Shown one piece after another: positions 37,211 through 49,900 of a stretch of 64,000 nucleotides of DNA. Source of the stretch: the human T2T-CHM13v2.0 reference genome, Homo sapiens; assembly GCF_009914755.1 (NCBI RefSeq), contig NC_060944.1; one strand, written 5' to 3'. The position numbers and the translations under genes are program-made. The notes beneath the pieces are model-generated. The model was not told the DNA's origin. It was given only the letters and a program-made list of their open reading frames with translations, and ran no database searches. Every line of letters begins with the position of its first letter. Position 1 is the first letter of the stretch.

Positions 37211-37619
37211 CCTGCCTTATTATATAGGATCAGGATATGCTGTAATAGATGAATCATGTCGCATCCCTGTGCTTTCCCATGCCTTCCCATCCCTTTGCCT
37301 TATGACTTTGCAGTTCCTCTCATTAAAGAGGTAGAGTCTATTTCCCTATTGCAAGCTGATCTTTGTTATCCAAATCACCCCTTCACCCAGATCAAAGGAG
37401 AGTAGAGAGGAGCATTTTTTGCAGTGTTCGGAGATCTTACATTGGATCAAAATGCACCTCTTCTCACTAGTGTCCCCCACAACCACACCCACTCCTTTGG
37501 CTACAGTTTGAAGTCCTTTGTACAAACCATTCTGGAAATGGAATAGCCCAGTATTGCTTTCCTGGCACCTATACAACCGGGCAGGGATCAACAAAGAAGA
37601 AAGCAATTCCATTTATTCC

Positions 37620-37880
37620 ACTTATTCATGTATGTATAAATATGCTCAACAAATATTTTATTGAGTATCTACTAGGTGCCAAGTTCCAGGGTTACAATGG
37701 TATGTGGAAAAGAAATGGGACACCATGAAGCTTATAACATAGTGGAAAAGGCAGGCAATGAGCAAACAAGGAAATAAAAGCAAAAAAATCAGATAACAAA
37801 AGAAATAAATTTAAGCAAGATTTTTTTAAAAAGAAGTGATTGAACAGGAAAAAAATTCCAGGTAGGCTGCAGAGAGAATA
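37620..37880 (-). mobile_element. L2 3' end
   Basis: tcaacaaatattttattgagtatctactaggtgccaag. Confidence 0.65.
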
Positions 37881-38069
37881 GCAAATCTACAACTCACTTT
37901 GGAAGCTCTGTTTGGCAGAATTTTTATCTCCATAAGCCAAAGAGATAGTTGATTTTTCACTCAACATATATTTAGAGAGCACCTACTGTGTGCCTGACTG
38001 CTCTAAATGGCAATGTTAAAACTTAATGTCCAGTGGCTTCAAGTGAGGAAGGAAGAAAGGAATATAGGA

Positions 38070-38290
38070 AAATTAGCATTTTTGAAGGCTTGCTATGTGC
38101 CAGATATGAGCTGCACAATTCCATGCATGTTTGTTCACTCGAGCCTCATAGTACTGCAGGGAGTTAGTAACTAGAGTAATTCCCATTTTTACTGCAGCCC
38201 AGGGAGTCATCACCACACATCCAGGAAGTAATGCAGCTGGAATTGGGACCTGTGCAGGTGTGGTTCTTATCCCCATGTCACGCTCCTTCC
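38070..38290 (-). mobile_element. MIR SINE
   Basis: agcatttttgaaggcttgctatgtgccag...cccattttactg. Confidence 0.65.
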
Positions 38291-38553
38291 TCAACCTTTT
38301 ACAAACTGAATCAAATCATCCGAATTAAAATCTTTTTTATTTTACTGGGATATGAGAACTTAATTCCAAGATGAATGATGGACAATAATAATAGAGGCAA
38401 TTGCTCTTGAGTCCAAGGAACCCTCCATGCCCCTCTCCATCACCCAGCCAAAACCTCCTCCATGCAACTTCCTTCCCCTACAATATATAGTCCTCAGGTA
38501 TGGTCAAGTCTAGATGCCTTGCCAAGTGGCCCCCATCAAGGAGCCAAGGCACA

Positions 38554-38745
38554 TTTTTGTGTTTTGTTTTTTGGTTTTTTGTTTTTTGGTTTTTTGTTTT
38601 TTCAAGACAGGGTTTCGCTCTGTCGCCCAGGCTGGAGTGCAGTGGCATCATCTCAGCTCACTGTACTCTGCCTCCCAGGCTCAAGTGATCCTCCTGCCTC
38701 AGCTCCCCAAGTAGCTGGGACTACAGGCAAGCACCACCAAGCCTG

Positions 38746-38778
<33 letters not shown>

Positions 38779-38897
38779 GTAGAGACAGGATTTCACCACA
38801 TTGCCCAGGCTGGTCTCGAACTCTTGAGCTCAAGTGATCCACCCGCCTCGGCCTCCCAAAGTGCTAGAATTACAGGCACAAGCCACTGTGCCCTGCC
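38554..38897 (-). mobile_element. AluJ (Jb-like), full length
   Basis: gacagggtttcgctctgtcgcccaggctggagtgcagtgg...gctcaagtgatcc; TSD caaggcacatttt / caaggcacacttt; 29-nt central T run. Confidence 0.97.
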
Positions 38898-38929
38898 TCA
38901 AGGCACACTTTCTACACAACACCACCATG

Positions 38930-39370
38930 AGTCTTTGGGGCAGATATTTTTTTTCATGCAATAATGTTTGCCATAAGGAAAGCATGATTAAAACATCTTT
39001 TTACAAAATGCATTAATTCCTAGACAAAGATAAAAATTCCATTTGACACAAATAGATTTTCCATGGTGAGTTAGCCCTGCATTGAGGGTAATGGATGGGG
39101 GAGTGGGGGGAGTCCAGCTCATAAATCAACAGGGGGATGGGAAGGGGGAAAGGAGTTGATGGAGGGGAGAAAGAGGCACTAGTGAAATTTCAACCTGTGA
39201 GAGTGATGCCCCTCTCCATTCCCCCAGTTCTTAATGATCTCATCAGGGGTCCAAGATCGATTCCCAGCCATGTTCATCTATCCCCTTCTGCATTCATTAT
39301 TTTAATAGCATCCACATAAGACCACTTGACATTTGCATCAGACAAGCATTAATGGGAAGTTTGTTTGGGA
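38930..39370. promoter_or_regulatory. Putative enhancer island
   Basis: atgcaataat, tgattaaa, cattaatt, ATAAATCA at 39121, TGACA sites. Confidence 0.35.
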
Positions 39371-39659
39371 AGCTTAGGAATTGAAGAGAAGCAGGCACCT
39401 TGGTTGTTGGCCAGGTCAGTCTAAATGGAACAAACTTGGAGACTGGGGAAATACGGGAGGTGGAAAATGACAATCAATGATTCTGTTCAAATCAGACCAA
39501 TGTTACTGAGATTCCCTTTCATGTTACAGGGCTTCCCAGCCCCCAGACCTCTTAGTAAACCAATGAATATAAAACTTAGGCATGTGAGCCTGAATAAAAG
39601 GATCCTAGATCTTTGAGCTGAGTCAAAAAGACCGTGATTCTAATTCACTCTACAGACAT

Positions 39660-40260
39660 CTCCCAGGTGTGCATCTGAGCTAAGTGCTGTATTAAGCTTG
39701 AGGAATGCAGTGTGAATGAGACTCAGGCCTGCCCTCAAGGAGTTCCAGTCTAGATAAATAAAGAGCAATTTCAGCTCAGGGCAGCAAATGTTGTGTTATA
39801 AATAAACAGGAGAGAGAGACATGCTCTGGGGCTTTCAAGAGGCAGGGATGCTTGAGGTGAAACTTGAAGATAAATAGGAATTTCTCAAGCCCACTGGGTA
39901 GATGCATTTTCCTGGCAGAGGGAACAGCACGTGGAAAGGCATGGAGCATGAGATAGCCTGATGTGTTTGGGAGTTGAAAGAACTTGGAAGTCCTGGAGGA
40001 CACAGAACCAGCAAAGAAGTAGGAGAGACTAAAGAAGATGGCCAGAACATTGTGTGCCAGGCTTCAGAATGAGGCTTCATCCTGCAGGTCAAATAGATGG
40101 AAGTGGAGAGATTCAAGGAAGGAAGGGAGGCAGTTAGGACACTGTTTCAACAGTCCTCCCAGGAGGTGATGAGGCCTGAGCTAGGGTCGTGGTCTCAAGG
40201 TTAGAGAGCAGGTGTGAAGTCCAGTGGTATTCTGGAGGGAGATATGATGGCAGGGCCCGA
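39660..40260 (-). mobile_element. L2 LINE
   Basis: gcctgccctcaaggagttccagtctag...ggcagagggaacagcacgtggaaaggcatggag...gaggtgatgaggcctgagctagg. Confidence 0.75.
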
Positions 40261-40419
40261 CCTGGGTGCAGCACTCCTCTGTCACCATGAGGCATCCAGA
40301 GGACAAGGAAAAACAGAAGGAAGGAGGGTCTGAGGAACAGGATCAATGAGCCTGGGCCTGAAAGCTGGGTTGAAGGAACAAGGGACTTAGTAGATATTTT
40401 CGAAGCTCCAAAAGGCTGT

Positions 40420-40880
40420 TGTCTTAAGTTGAGTTTCCCCAAAAGCAGAATCTAAGACAAGAACTTATATGCAAGTAGTTTATTTGGGAGGCGATCCCTG
40501 CAGTGAGGAATGGAGACAGTCAGAGAAGGATAGAGAGCCAACGCAAGGTGAGTGATTGAGCTGGTTACCACTGTGGGAAATTGGAGCTCATTTCCACAGA
40601 GGACTTTCTGGAGAATTGTGATAAGGTACTCAGACTTGTCCCTCCAAAGGGTGGGAGGCTGGGCATCTACTCAGGACTCCTGAGGGTTGCCCACTAGGGA
40701 TGTTTTCTCTCCTACACTTCCAGATTGCACCTGGGGAGGGGATCAGGAAGATTCCCCAAGCTTTAGAGCAAGACCTAAAAAAGGAGAGCTCAGAAATACA
40801 GGAAGCATTTAAAATGGGACCTTGTCAGTGTACATGGGAGCTCCCCTACCCCACCATAGATGCAACTGAAGCAGAAGTCA
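40420..40880 (-). mobile_element. LTR16/LTR33-like ERVL LTR
   Basis: tgtcttaagttgagtttccccaaaagcagaatctaagacaagaa...gcaagtagtttatttgggaggcgatccc. Confidence 0.75.
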
Positions 40881-41089
40881 GAGATGGGACAAAGGTATGT
40901 GTCATGGGACACCAATGGCACCTGTTGCAGCTGTCCTCTGGTAGAGGGAGCAGACAAATCGGGAGTGGACTCAGAAGTAGAGACAAGCCTATTCATCATC
41001 ACAACCCTGGAGAAGGCAGAGGCAGTGTCAAATCCCATTGTCATAACACATAACATTATACAACTAGGCATTCCTGTACCACTAATAGC

Positions 41090-41320
41090 AAAAACTATAA
41101 TTTATTGCATGTTTATTGGCTGCCAGTTGCAGGGGTAAGAGTTTGCATGGATTATCTCATTTAATTCTGAAACAATCTTGTAAGAAAAGTTCTATTATCA
41201 CTTCCATGCTATAGAGGAAAAGAACAAGGGTAGGATGAAATACATTATTTATTCAAAGTCCTCAGATTAAACAGGGAAGAAGGCAGGATTAGAACGAGTT
41301 CTCCTTAACCTCAACCCCTG
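41090..41320 (-). mobile_element. MIR SINE
   Basis: tttattgcatgtttatt...gcatggattatctcatttaattct. Confidence 0.65.
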
Positions 41321-41389
41321 CCTAGTGCTGCTCCTTCAGCACTACTTGTCCCCTCAATCTACATTGGTGGGACAACTGGCACAATTAAT

Positions 41390-41708
41390 ATAGGTCTATA
41401 AATTATAGTGCTGTATAAATGCAAATTTCTTGATTTTGAAAATTCTACTGTGATTATGGTTATGTAAAAGAATATCCTTGTTTTTAGAGAATGCATACTG
41501 ACATATTTAGAGGCAAAGTGGCATTATGTCCACACTTACTGTCAAACAGTTCAGAAAAAAATATATATGCACATACACATAGATAAAATAAATGTGGTAC
41601 TATGTTAACTTTGAGGAAATCTGGGTACAGGGTAAATAGCAATTATTTTAATTATTTTTAGAACTTTCCTATAAATCTGACATTGCCAAGTTTTCAAGTT
41701 TTTAAAAA
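41390..41708 (+). mobile_element. L1MC/L1ME-type 3' end
   Basis: aatttcttgattttga...gttatgtaaaagaatatccttgtttttag...acatatttagaggcaaagtggcat. Confidence 0.8.
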
Positions 41709-42329
41709 TTACCTAATCTTGCTGGGACTTACCTGTCTCATTTTTCAAAAGCAGAATAAAAACTTCCAGTCCATTGCAAAGAGCAACAAAGAAAGGGTCA
41801 CTACTAGCACAGGAAATGCCTCTGAGGTGCTTAGCAGGAAAGGGCCTTGGCCCTGAAGGGTTTTCTAGGTATTTTCTCCTGCTCAAGAGCTTGAATTCTC
41901 TTGGTAGCTGAGACCTGGGAAGCAATACCTGACATCTGTCCCTGGAGTGGCAGGAAACAGAGCTTCCAGACATGCAACCTCTCCCTGGACCTGCCAGGTA
42001 CAGCCACCAGGAGAATGGAGCCTTCAGCCCACCCCTTCCTGCTGTTTCATACATGGGCAATGCAACTTTTGGAATCTTGCCTCCTTTGTATCTCAAGGCT
42101 GCTTTTGGCCTCAAGGTTCCCTAGACTTGATTTGGAAGAGGATAATGCTGAAAATTGAGTGGTGAAATGCCAGGGGTTGGGAAAAGGGGCGGGAGGAAGT
42201 TATTGCTGGAGCACATCAGGGGTCAAGATGTGGGTTCCAGCCCTGGTTCCACCACTTGGACAATTCCTTCTGAGTCTCTTGGCCTCATTACCCCCATCTG
42301 TGACAATACCTATCTTACAGCCTTCCTTT

Positions 42330-42660
42330 ACTCACTCACTCACCCAACAGCATTTACTGAGGACCCTCTGTGAGCTACACGCTGGATGAGTCCCTGTGGG
42401 GAGAGCAGTGAATGAAACAAATATGGTCCCTCCATCCTGGAACTTACCACCTAGTGGGAGAAGACAACAAAAACAAGCAGATAAGTAACTGAGAGCATTA
42501 CAGACTGTGGTAAGTGGTAAGTGCTGTGGATGAAACAATGGCAGAAGATGACAAAGAATAAGGGGTGGTGATCGTACTTGGATGGGTGGTCAGGGAAGAC
42601 CTCTCTGAGAAGGTGAAACTTTACCAAGACTGAAGGCTGAGAGGTGCCAGAGGAAAGGCA
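42330..42660 (-). mobile_element. L2 3' end
   Basis: cactcactcacccaacagcatttactgagg...ggtcagggaagacctctctgagaaggtga. Confidence 0.75.
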
Positions 42661-43019
42661 TTCTTGAGATCATCAGCAATGGTTTGTAAATGGTCATGAG
42701 ATTAGTGCCTTCCCTCTTCCTTCCTCCTTCCTTCTCACCTTCACCCAATGCGGGCAGCTACTCAACTGAGGCAAGAGCCATTTTGCCTGAAAAGTCCACA
42801 GCCCCCTGGGCAGGTTGGGCTGTCCCTCCCCAGGGGCATCCTTGCCTTCTGTCCCAGCACACCTCAAGGCCCTGCACACACAGGGGCTGTGCCAGAATTC
42901 AGAGAGAAAAATGAAAACTCCCTTTCCAGATGGTTGCAAGATGCTGCCAGTTTCCAGTGGTGATACTGGGGAAGGTGCCAAGAAAACTGCCTCCATTGGT
43001 GTCCCTCTCACTCCACAGC

Positions 43020-43306
43020 CGGGGAAGCCTCTCTGAAATGTACTTCAAAGGGACTGACAGGAGTTATGGGATAAATACCCCAGCTCCCTGACCCCCCAAA
43101 TGGAATAACTTTGAGATATGTTCTCCACTCTCTCAGAAGGCCCTTGTGGGACTGAGTCTCAGTTGCCCTGCTGGCTAACACTTTCTGTATTAACTTTCTT
43201 CCCTTCCCCATCCCACCCCTCTGGTCTCCTCTACTGTTTCATGAGATCACATCCCAATCCAGAATCCTGTCTCAAAATTTGCCTAGGGGGACTCCAACTT
43301 AGGATA
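43020..43306 (+). mobile_element. LTR16C-like ERVL LTR
   Basis: gggataaataccccagctccct...ataactttgagatatgttct...atcctgtctcaaaatttgcctagggggactccaacttagga. Confidence 0.7.
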
Positions 43307-43789
43307 GTGCTTGATAACTATTTAGTAATCTAAGTGGGATTGTAAGCTACTAAACTTGCTGATCCAAGGCTGGATCAACCCCTCTTTTAGTTCATTGTTG
43401 TACCCCAACTTCTCACACAGAGCCTGGAACAGAGAAGATGTTCCATAAACATTTGTTGAATGAGAAATTGACCTCACAGAACTAGGCAAGTCCCCACAAG
43501 GGCAGACATCAGAGCCAACCCTTCTCAGGATAGCCCTGGGGAATATTTGGCCCCTGGGCTTCAGACACTTGGCCTCTGAACCAAGGAGGCCCCACTAAGA
43601 AGGCCAGAAAGGGGGCACTGCCGGCAATCACGGCAGTGAGATGGATGGGCAACACAGGGCTTCCTGGGCTGGGTGCAGCTTCCACCCTGTTCTGCTCTGC
43701 AGAGGAGCCCGGCTCTGCTGGGCACAGCTCACCATGGCGAGTATGCAAACAACCACAGCACAGGGGCCATTTCAGTTAGTTCAGGAAAG

Positions 43790-44290
43790 GTACAAGAGCA
43801 TGACAAATATATGTAATTTGTAAATTGGCCAGTCTTTTGCAATAATTTAGAGGCTCTAGTTAGGAGCAATAGAAACCCCCCAATTACTGATGTTTAAGGC
43901 TGGCACTGTTGCTGGCTGAATATTTCATGCATAAATGAACTTCCACTAGGCCACCCGCTGCTTCTGATGAGGCTCTTGCGGGCTTTATTGCCCGGCGCCC
44001 AGCAGGGTCCCGCCAATGGGCCCCATGACGGATGATGCATCGTTTTGCAGCTTAAATAATGCAGTGTGGAACAGGCTCAGTGCTGGTGCACTTTATTTAC
44101 ATATCAATTGAGTGGCCACTCTGAATATGAAGAAATATGAGAGGGGAAGTGGCTGGCACTGAATATTTCATGGCCATGAGCCCCACAGGAAGCGAATGTC
44201 CCCAGCCCAGAGTTAGGTCTGGCCATGTGTGTAAGAGAGAACTGGCATTAATAGTCCAGGAGACGAGGCAAGAATAATCCCCCAAGCCAG
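43790..44290. promoter_or_regulatory. Putative conserved enhancer with CpG-retaining core
   Basis: tgtaatttg, caattac, ATGCATAAAT, a CCAAT box, clustered CpGs at 43955-44045, and a duplicated CTGAATATTTCATG. Confidence 0.55.
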
Positions 44291-44625
44291 GAGGGGAGCC
44301 ACTAACTGGAATTGATGAGCCCCCTATCATCTGGACACAGCCTGCTGGTGCTTTTTCAAGTCAGCAAAATATCTGCTTCCTGCCTGTACCTTCTGGTTCC
44401 CAGAAACTTCTGCAGAGAAGGGAGTTTGTTCAAGCCATCACACGCTGACTTTCCAAGTCATGTGGATGGAACAGAAGTTAGTATGCAGTGGAAAACAGCA
44501 TAGTCCATCGAGAAAGGGCCCCATCCTTTCTGAGAATTTGCTGGAAGATGAATCAGGAATCCCAGCCCAGCCCCTTCTCCCTTCAAAGGGACTGACAGGA
44601 GTCATTCACTTAATAATTATTTTCT

Positions 44626-44937
44626 CACTGGATGAGGTGGCTCATGCCTGTAATCCCAGCATTTTGGAAGGCTGAGGCCAGAGGATCCTAGCATTTTGGG
44701 AGGCTTGAAGCCAGGAGTTCAAGCCCATTCTAGGCACACAGCAAGACCTGGCCATCTATACAATAAAAATTTTTAAATGATCTGGCACAGTGGCGCATGC
44801 CTGTAGTTTCAGCTACTTGGGAGGCTCAGGAGGAAGGATAGCTTAAGCCCAGGAGTTCAAGGCTACAGTGAGCTAGGATTGTGCCCTGCACTCCAGCCTG
44901 GGTGACACAGTGAGACCCTGTCTCAAAAAAAAAAAAA
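44626..44937 (+). mobile_element. AluJ (Jo/Jr-like)
   Basis: gcccaggagttcaaggctacagtgagct...gtgagaccctgtctcaaaaa; TSD aattattttct / aattatcttct. Confidence 0.95.
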
Positions 44938-45084
44938 TTATCTTCTGATCCTCTGCCATGTGCTAGGCTTCTAGCTAAGTAATGAGGATACAACTATGAA
45001 AAAGACACAGCCCCCATCTTCATATACCTTCCAGTTGAGTGAGAAAAAAAAAGAAAAGAAAATGGGGAACCGTAATGATTGGGT

Positions 45085-45615
45085 GTACTAGGTGTTTACG
45101 ACTGCTTAACAAACTACCCCAAAACTTAGCAGCTTAAAACAATAGACACAGCCTCAAACACAGTTCCTGCGAGTCAGGAATTTAGAAGCGATATAACTGC
45201 GTGATTTTTGCTTGGGAATTCTCATAAGGTTGCAGTCAGTATATCGGCCAGGGCTGCTGTCTTCCAAAGGCTATACTGAGCTGATGGATCCCACTCCAAA
45301 GCAGTTTACTCACATGTGTGGAAAGATGCTGTGGGTTGTGGGCAGAAGGCCTCAGTTCCTCACCATACTGACCTCTCCATAGAGCTGCTTGAGTTCCCTC
45401 ACAATATGGCAGCTGACTTTTCCAAGCAAATTATCCAAGAGAAAGAAGTGGAAGCAGCAATGTCTTTTATGACCTACCCACAGAAGGCACAATCCATCAC
45501 TTCATTCGCATTTTGTTTGTCACATGGATAAACCCAATAAATATAGGAGGGCACTACAAAGCATGACTACAGGAGCAGGAATCATTGGGGACCATCTTGG
45601 AGGATGGGTACACAT
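45085..45615 (-). mobile_element. MLT1G/H-type LTR inserted in L2
   Basis: aacaaactaccccaaaacttagcagcttaaaacaa...gaaggcctcagttcctcacc...ggaccatcttggagg. Confidence 0.8.
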
Positions 45616-46129
45616 GCGGCAAGTAGAGGTGTAAGGAGGGGCAGCTGGTCTGGTATAAGGGAACCTAGGAAGGCATCCTTGAGGAAATGATATCTGATTA
45701 GAGATGAAAAAATAAAACTATCTCAGCAAAGAGGAAGAGGGAAGAGTGTTCAGCAGAGGGAACAACCTGTGCAATGGCCCTGAGCTTGGTGCATGGGAAG
45801 CCAGGCAACTAAAACACAGGGTTCCATTTGGCTAGAGCTTAGAAGGGGCTTTGAATACCAGGCTTCATCCTGAGGGCACTGGGGAGCCTTTGGAGGGTGA
45901 AAGGAGAAGATAGCCCTGTGGGTGTGGTGGGCCTCAAGTCTGTTACATCCCTTCAATAGTGGGCGAGTCTGGGTAGGTTTGAGATAATGCTCTGGAGAGA
46001 TGGAAACAGAACCCCAAGTGAGCCCTGGGATATACTGTACTCTAGAGAGGATTCAGTTTAGGGTTAGAGTTAAGTTAATGTTAGAGTCAGAGCTAGAGAA
46101 CTGGAGAGAGGTCACCAGAGGCAGCAGAT

Positions 46130-46330
46130 CTGTCTCAAAGGTCAGCCCCCCACTCACTTGCTGGCTTATATGATCTTGGGCAAATCACTTACCCTCCATG
46201 GGTAACAATCAGTGGGCCTCCATTTTCTCATCTGTAAAGTAAGAATAATAGTAGCACCAGCCTCATAAGGTTGTTGGGGGTGTTGACTGAGAAAAGACAT
46301 CTGACACATGTATCCACTCAGTAAAGTCTA
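46130..46330 (+). mobile_element. MIR SINE
   Basis: tgatcttgggcaaatcactta...tttctcatctgtaaagtaagaataatagtagcacc. Confidence 0.75.
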
Positions 46331-46767
46331 GTGCAGTGAATGAGGCCTCCATCTGTGTCAAAGATCTTCTCTCCAGGACCTGGGATCCCTTCACCCCCTT
46401 CTTACTACAAACCTTCTCCCCTACTTTTCAACACTACCTGAGATTCTGCTCCTGAGGGTCTTACTGCCTCCACCACATTGGAAGCCCCAAGGAGTGGGCA
46501 AAGCCAGACTCATTCCCCGCTTGTGGATGGACCATCCCTCTGACAGCGCAGTGCTAAACCCGGTGAGTTTTCTGACTCCACCATTCTCATTCCCATCATG
46601 CTGTCATTTTCATTCCTAGAAATTATTACAACTTGTATATTTTATTTAGCTAGTTGTGTACTTTATAGGTTTTGTTGTTGTTGTTTTGTATTGCTTTATA
46701 TTTTCTTCTTGCTCTTTTTCCCCCAGAATGAACACTCTATGAGGTCAGGAACTGCCTGCCTTCTTTA

Positions 46768-47335
<568 letters not shown>

Positions 47336-47639
47336 TTATACGTAGATATAGGTAGATGTAGCTAGAGATAAAATGGTAGGTGTTCAAGAAATATTTGCCA
47401 AATTAATATGCTAAGTCTAGGAACGGGACAAAGTCCTAACTGGGGCAGAGCCTCAGATAGGGACAATGACACTCCCAAGGGTAAGTTCCTTGATCTGAAC
47501 AGAGAAAAACTTGGAAAGCTTGGAAGCCAGAGGCAGCTGGGAAGGGCAGCTGTAAGCAAAGGCCTGGTGGGGTGGGGCAGGGGCCACAAGAGACCCTCCA
47601 TGGAACCCCCACCTGGAATAGCCAGACCGAGTACTAACA

Positions 47640-48500
47640 CACACTGAACAGCTAAATCATACATTATTGATTTGTCAAACGTATTTGCATATAAATAAGC
47701 ATGATCATTCATGGAGGCCCGAGCAGTGGCACCTCCCCTCAGTGCCATGATTACAGATGGATGGCCCTAGTTAGACACGAACCAGGGACGCTGCTACCCC
47801 TGCCGCAAAGTCAGCGGCTGATTTAAAACTACATTTATTGGAGCATGTAAGTGTGACAGCCTAGTGGTGAGTTTGGGATAATTAGTCTAAAAGACAAGAT
47901 AAACGACTCCTAAAACTGGTATTGTGACGAAGATCCCACCCTACCCCCCCGCCACAGCCAGCTCAGCCCTGATGCCAAAAATACAGCCGAAGATAATTAA
48001 CTAGGAAATGTTAACAGGCAGGATTATGTTCCAATTGCATTTTCCAGAGGACTTTAGAATTTTACACCCAAGTTGATTGTGTTCCCCTCCCCCTGGTGAT
48101 TAGGCAGGAGAGGCGGATTCTTAGCTAGAAGCAGAGGCTGGGTGGGGTGGGCAGACAGGCCCAGACAAGGTCTCTAAGGCCAGGCAAGCAGGTGGCTCCA
48201 GTCAGCCTTCCCCGAGCCTGAACCGAGATGGATCTGCTGGGTGAAGCACGTTGACCCGGGTAAATTATATCTGCCATGTTAATTCATTCCACGTGGGAGA
48301 TCAGCCATGAGCTCAGAGGCTGGCATCGGCTGCCTCTGATGGATCAAGGGACCCAGCTGCTCAGACACAATGCTAGAGACTTGTCATTGCGGGGGAAACA
48401 CGGCTTGCTAATGCTTTATTTTAATTGTCCTAAATTACACTTGAAGATGCACAGCCCAGGAGGCCAGCCAGCAAATATCAAACGTTACCTTGAGGATCTG
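47640..48500. promoter_or_regulatory. Putative conserved enhancer cluster
   Basis: TATTGATTT 47665, octamer ATTTGCAT 47683-47690, TGACAG, gataattag, agataattaa, E-box CACGTG, ttaattg. Confidence 0.55.
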
Positions 48501-48786
48501 CTTGGCCTAGAGAGGAATCTGCAGTCCTAGGACTGGGGCCTCACCGCTTTGCTGATACAGAAGAGAGAGCCACTGCCTTTTGGTTTCACCACCTGCCTCC
48601 CTGCTCCCAAGGAAGGGGTAGAGAATGCCCTGAGACCTCTGACGCATCCTATCCCTAGGTTTGAGGGTTCCTTCTCTGAGAGTTAAGTCTAATGGACCTA
48701 GACAGAAAGAGGGGGGTGGGCCTTTGGAGTTTGTTTGAGGCAATCAAAGAAGAATCTAAAAGGAAGGCAGCACAGCAGAGGAAGCC

Positions 48787-49159
48787 ATGGCAGAAGATGT
48801 CCTCGTCCTAATCCCCAAAACCGTACATGACAAAGGGGACTCTGTAGATATGATTAAAGATATTGAGATGGGGGGAGTGAGTGAGAGTGATTGCAATGTC
48901 ATTGCAAGGTCCTTAGAAGAGGGCCAGGGAGAGAGATGAAAATGCTATTAGTCAGCTGGCATTGAAGATGGCACTGAAGGTGCAGGTGGGCTCCAGAAGC
49001 TGGAAAAGGCAAGAAAACAAAGGGTGCAGCCCTGCCAACACCATGAAACAAATCCAGGAAGACCTATTCTGACTGCTGATCTCCAGACTGTAAGATTATA
49101 AATTTGCATTGTTTTAAGCCACTTAGCAATTTGTCACAGCAGCAATAGGAAACTAACAT
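48787..49159 (+). mobile_element. MLT1D-type LTR
   Basis: gtcctaatcccc...caaaggggactctgtagatatgattaa...tccagaagctggaaaaggcaag...cagcaataggaaactaaca. Confidence 0.85.
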
Positions 49160-49179
49160 GGAATCTCATTGTTCTCAGC

Positions 49180-49400
49180 CTGGCCTCACCACATCCTGGC
49201 TGTGTGACTTTGGGTAAGTGGCTGAACTTCTCTCAGCCCCAATTTCCACATCTGTAAAATGAGGATTATAGAAGAACCTAATTTGTGGGGCCATTGTGAA
49301 TATTAAATGAGCTAATGCCTGGAAAGTGCTGAGCTCACTGCTCAGCATATAGCAAGAGCTCAGTAAGTAGCACTTACTGTCGTGGCTGTCGTTGTCATTA
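49180..49400 (+). mobile_element. MIR SINE
   Basis: ggctgtgtgactttgggtaagtggctgaacttctctcagccccaatttccacatctgtaaaatgagg. Confidence 0.85.
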
Positions 49401-49479
49401 TTGCCCCTTGCTGCTCTTTCTGAGACCCTGCAGTGAGGATAAAATTAGTAAGATAATACACATCACCAAACTAAAAGTT

Positions 49480-49900
49480 TCTTTATTCATCTAGTATTTA
49501 TTGATCGTCTTCTATATGAAAACTATTCTATCAGGTATTAGGAATAAAATAGTGAACAAAAAGGGACTTAGCCCCTGCCTTCATGGAGTTTATAATATTG
49601 TAGGGGAGATGGACCTTATCATATAATTATATTATGAATAAAATATAATGTTATATGTTATATTTATATTGAATAATCTCCCAAACAAGTGCTAAGATTG
49701 AGAGATGCTAAATAAATACATATGGAGAGATGTGTCTCATCAGGGAATTCATGGAAAGCTTCCTGGAGGAAACTGACCTCAAAAGTTTGAGTAGAGTTAG
49801 TGCTTTGAGAAGACAAGGGTGTGGGAGGAAGGACTCTGCCTACATGTCTGGAGTCATGATCCAGCTTCTGGGGTATCTGGGAGGAGTTTAGTCCAAATAG
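49480..49900 (-). mobile_element. L2 fragment
   Basis: tatttattgatcgtc...ccctgccttcatggagtttata...ggaaagcttcctggaggaa. Confidence 0.65.
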
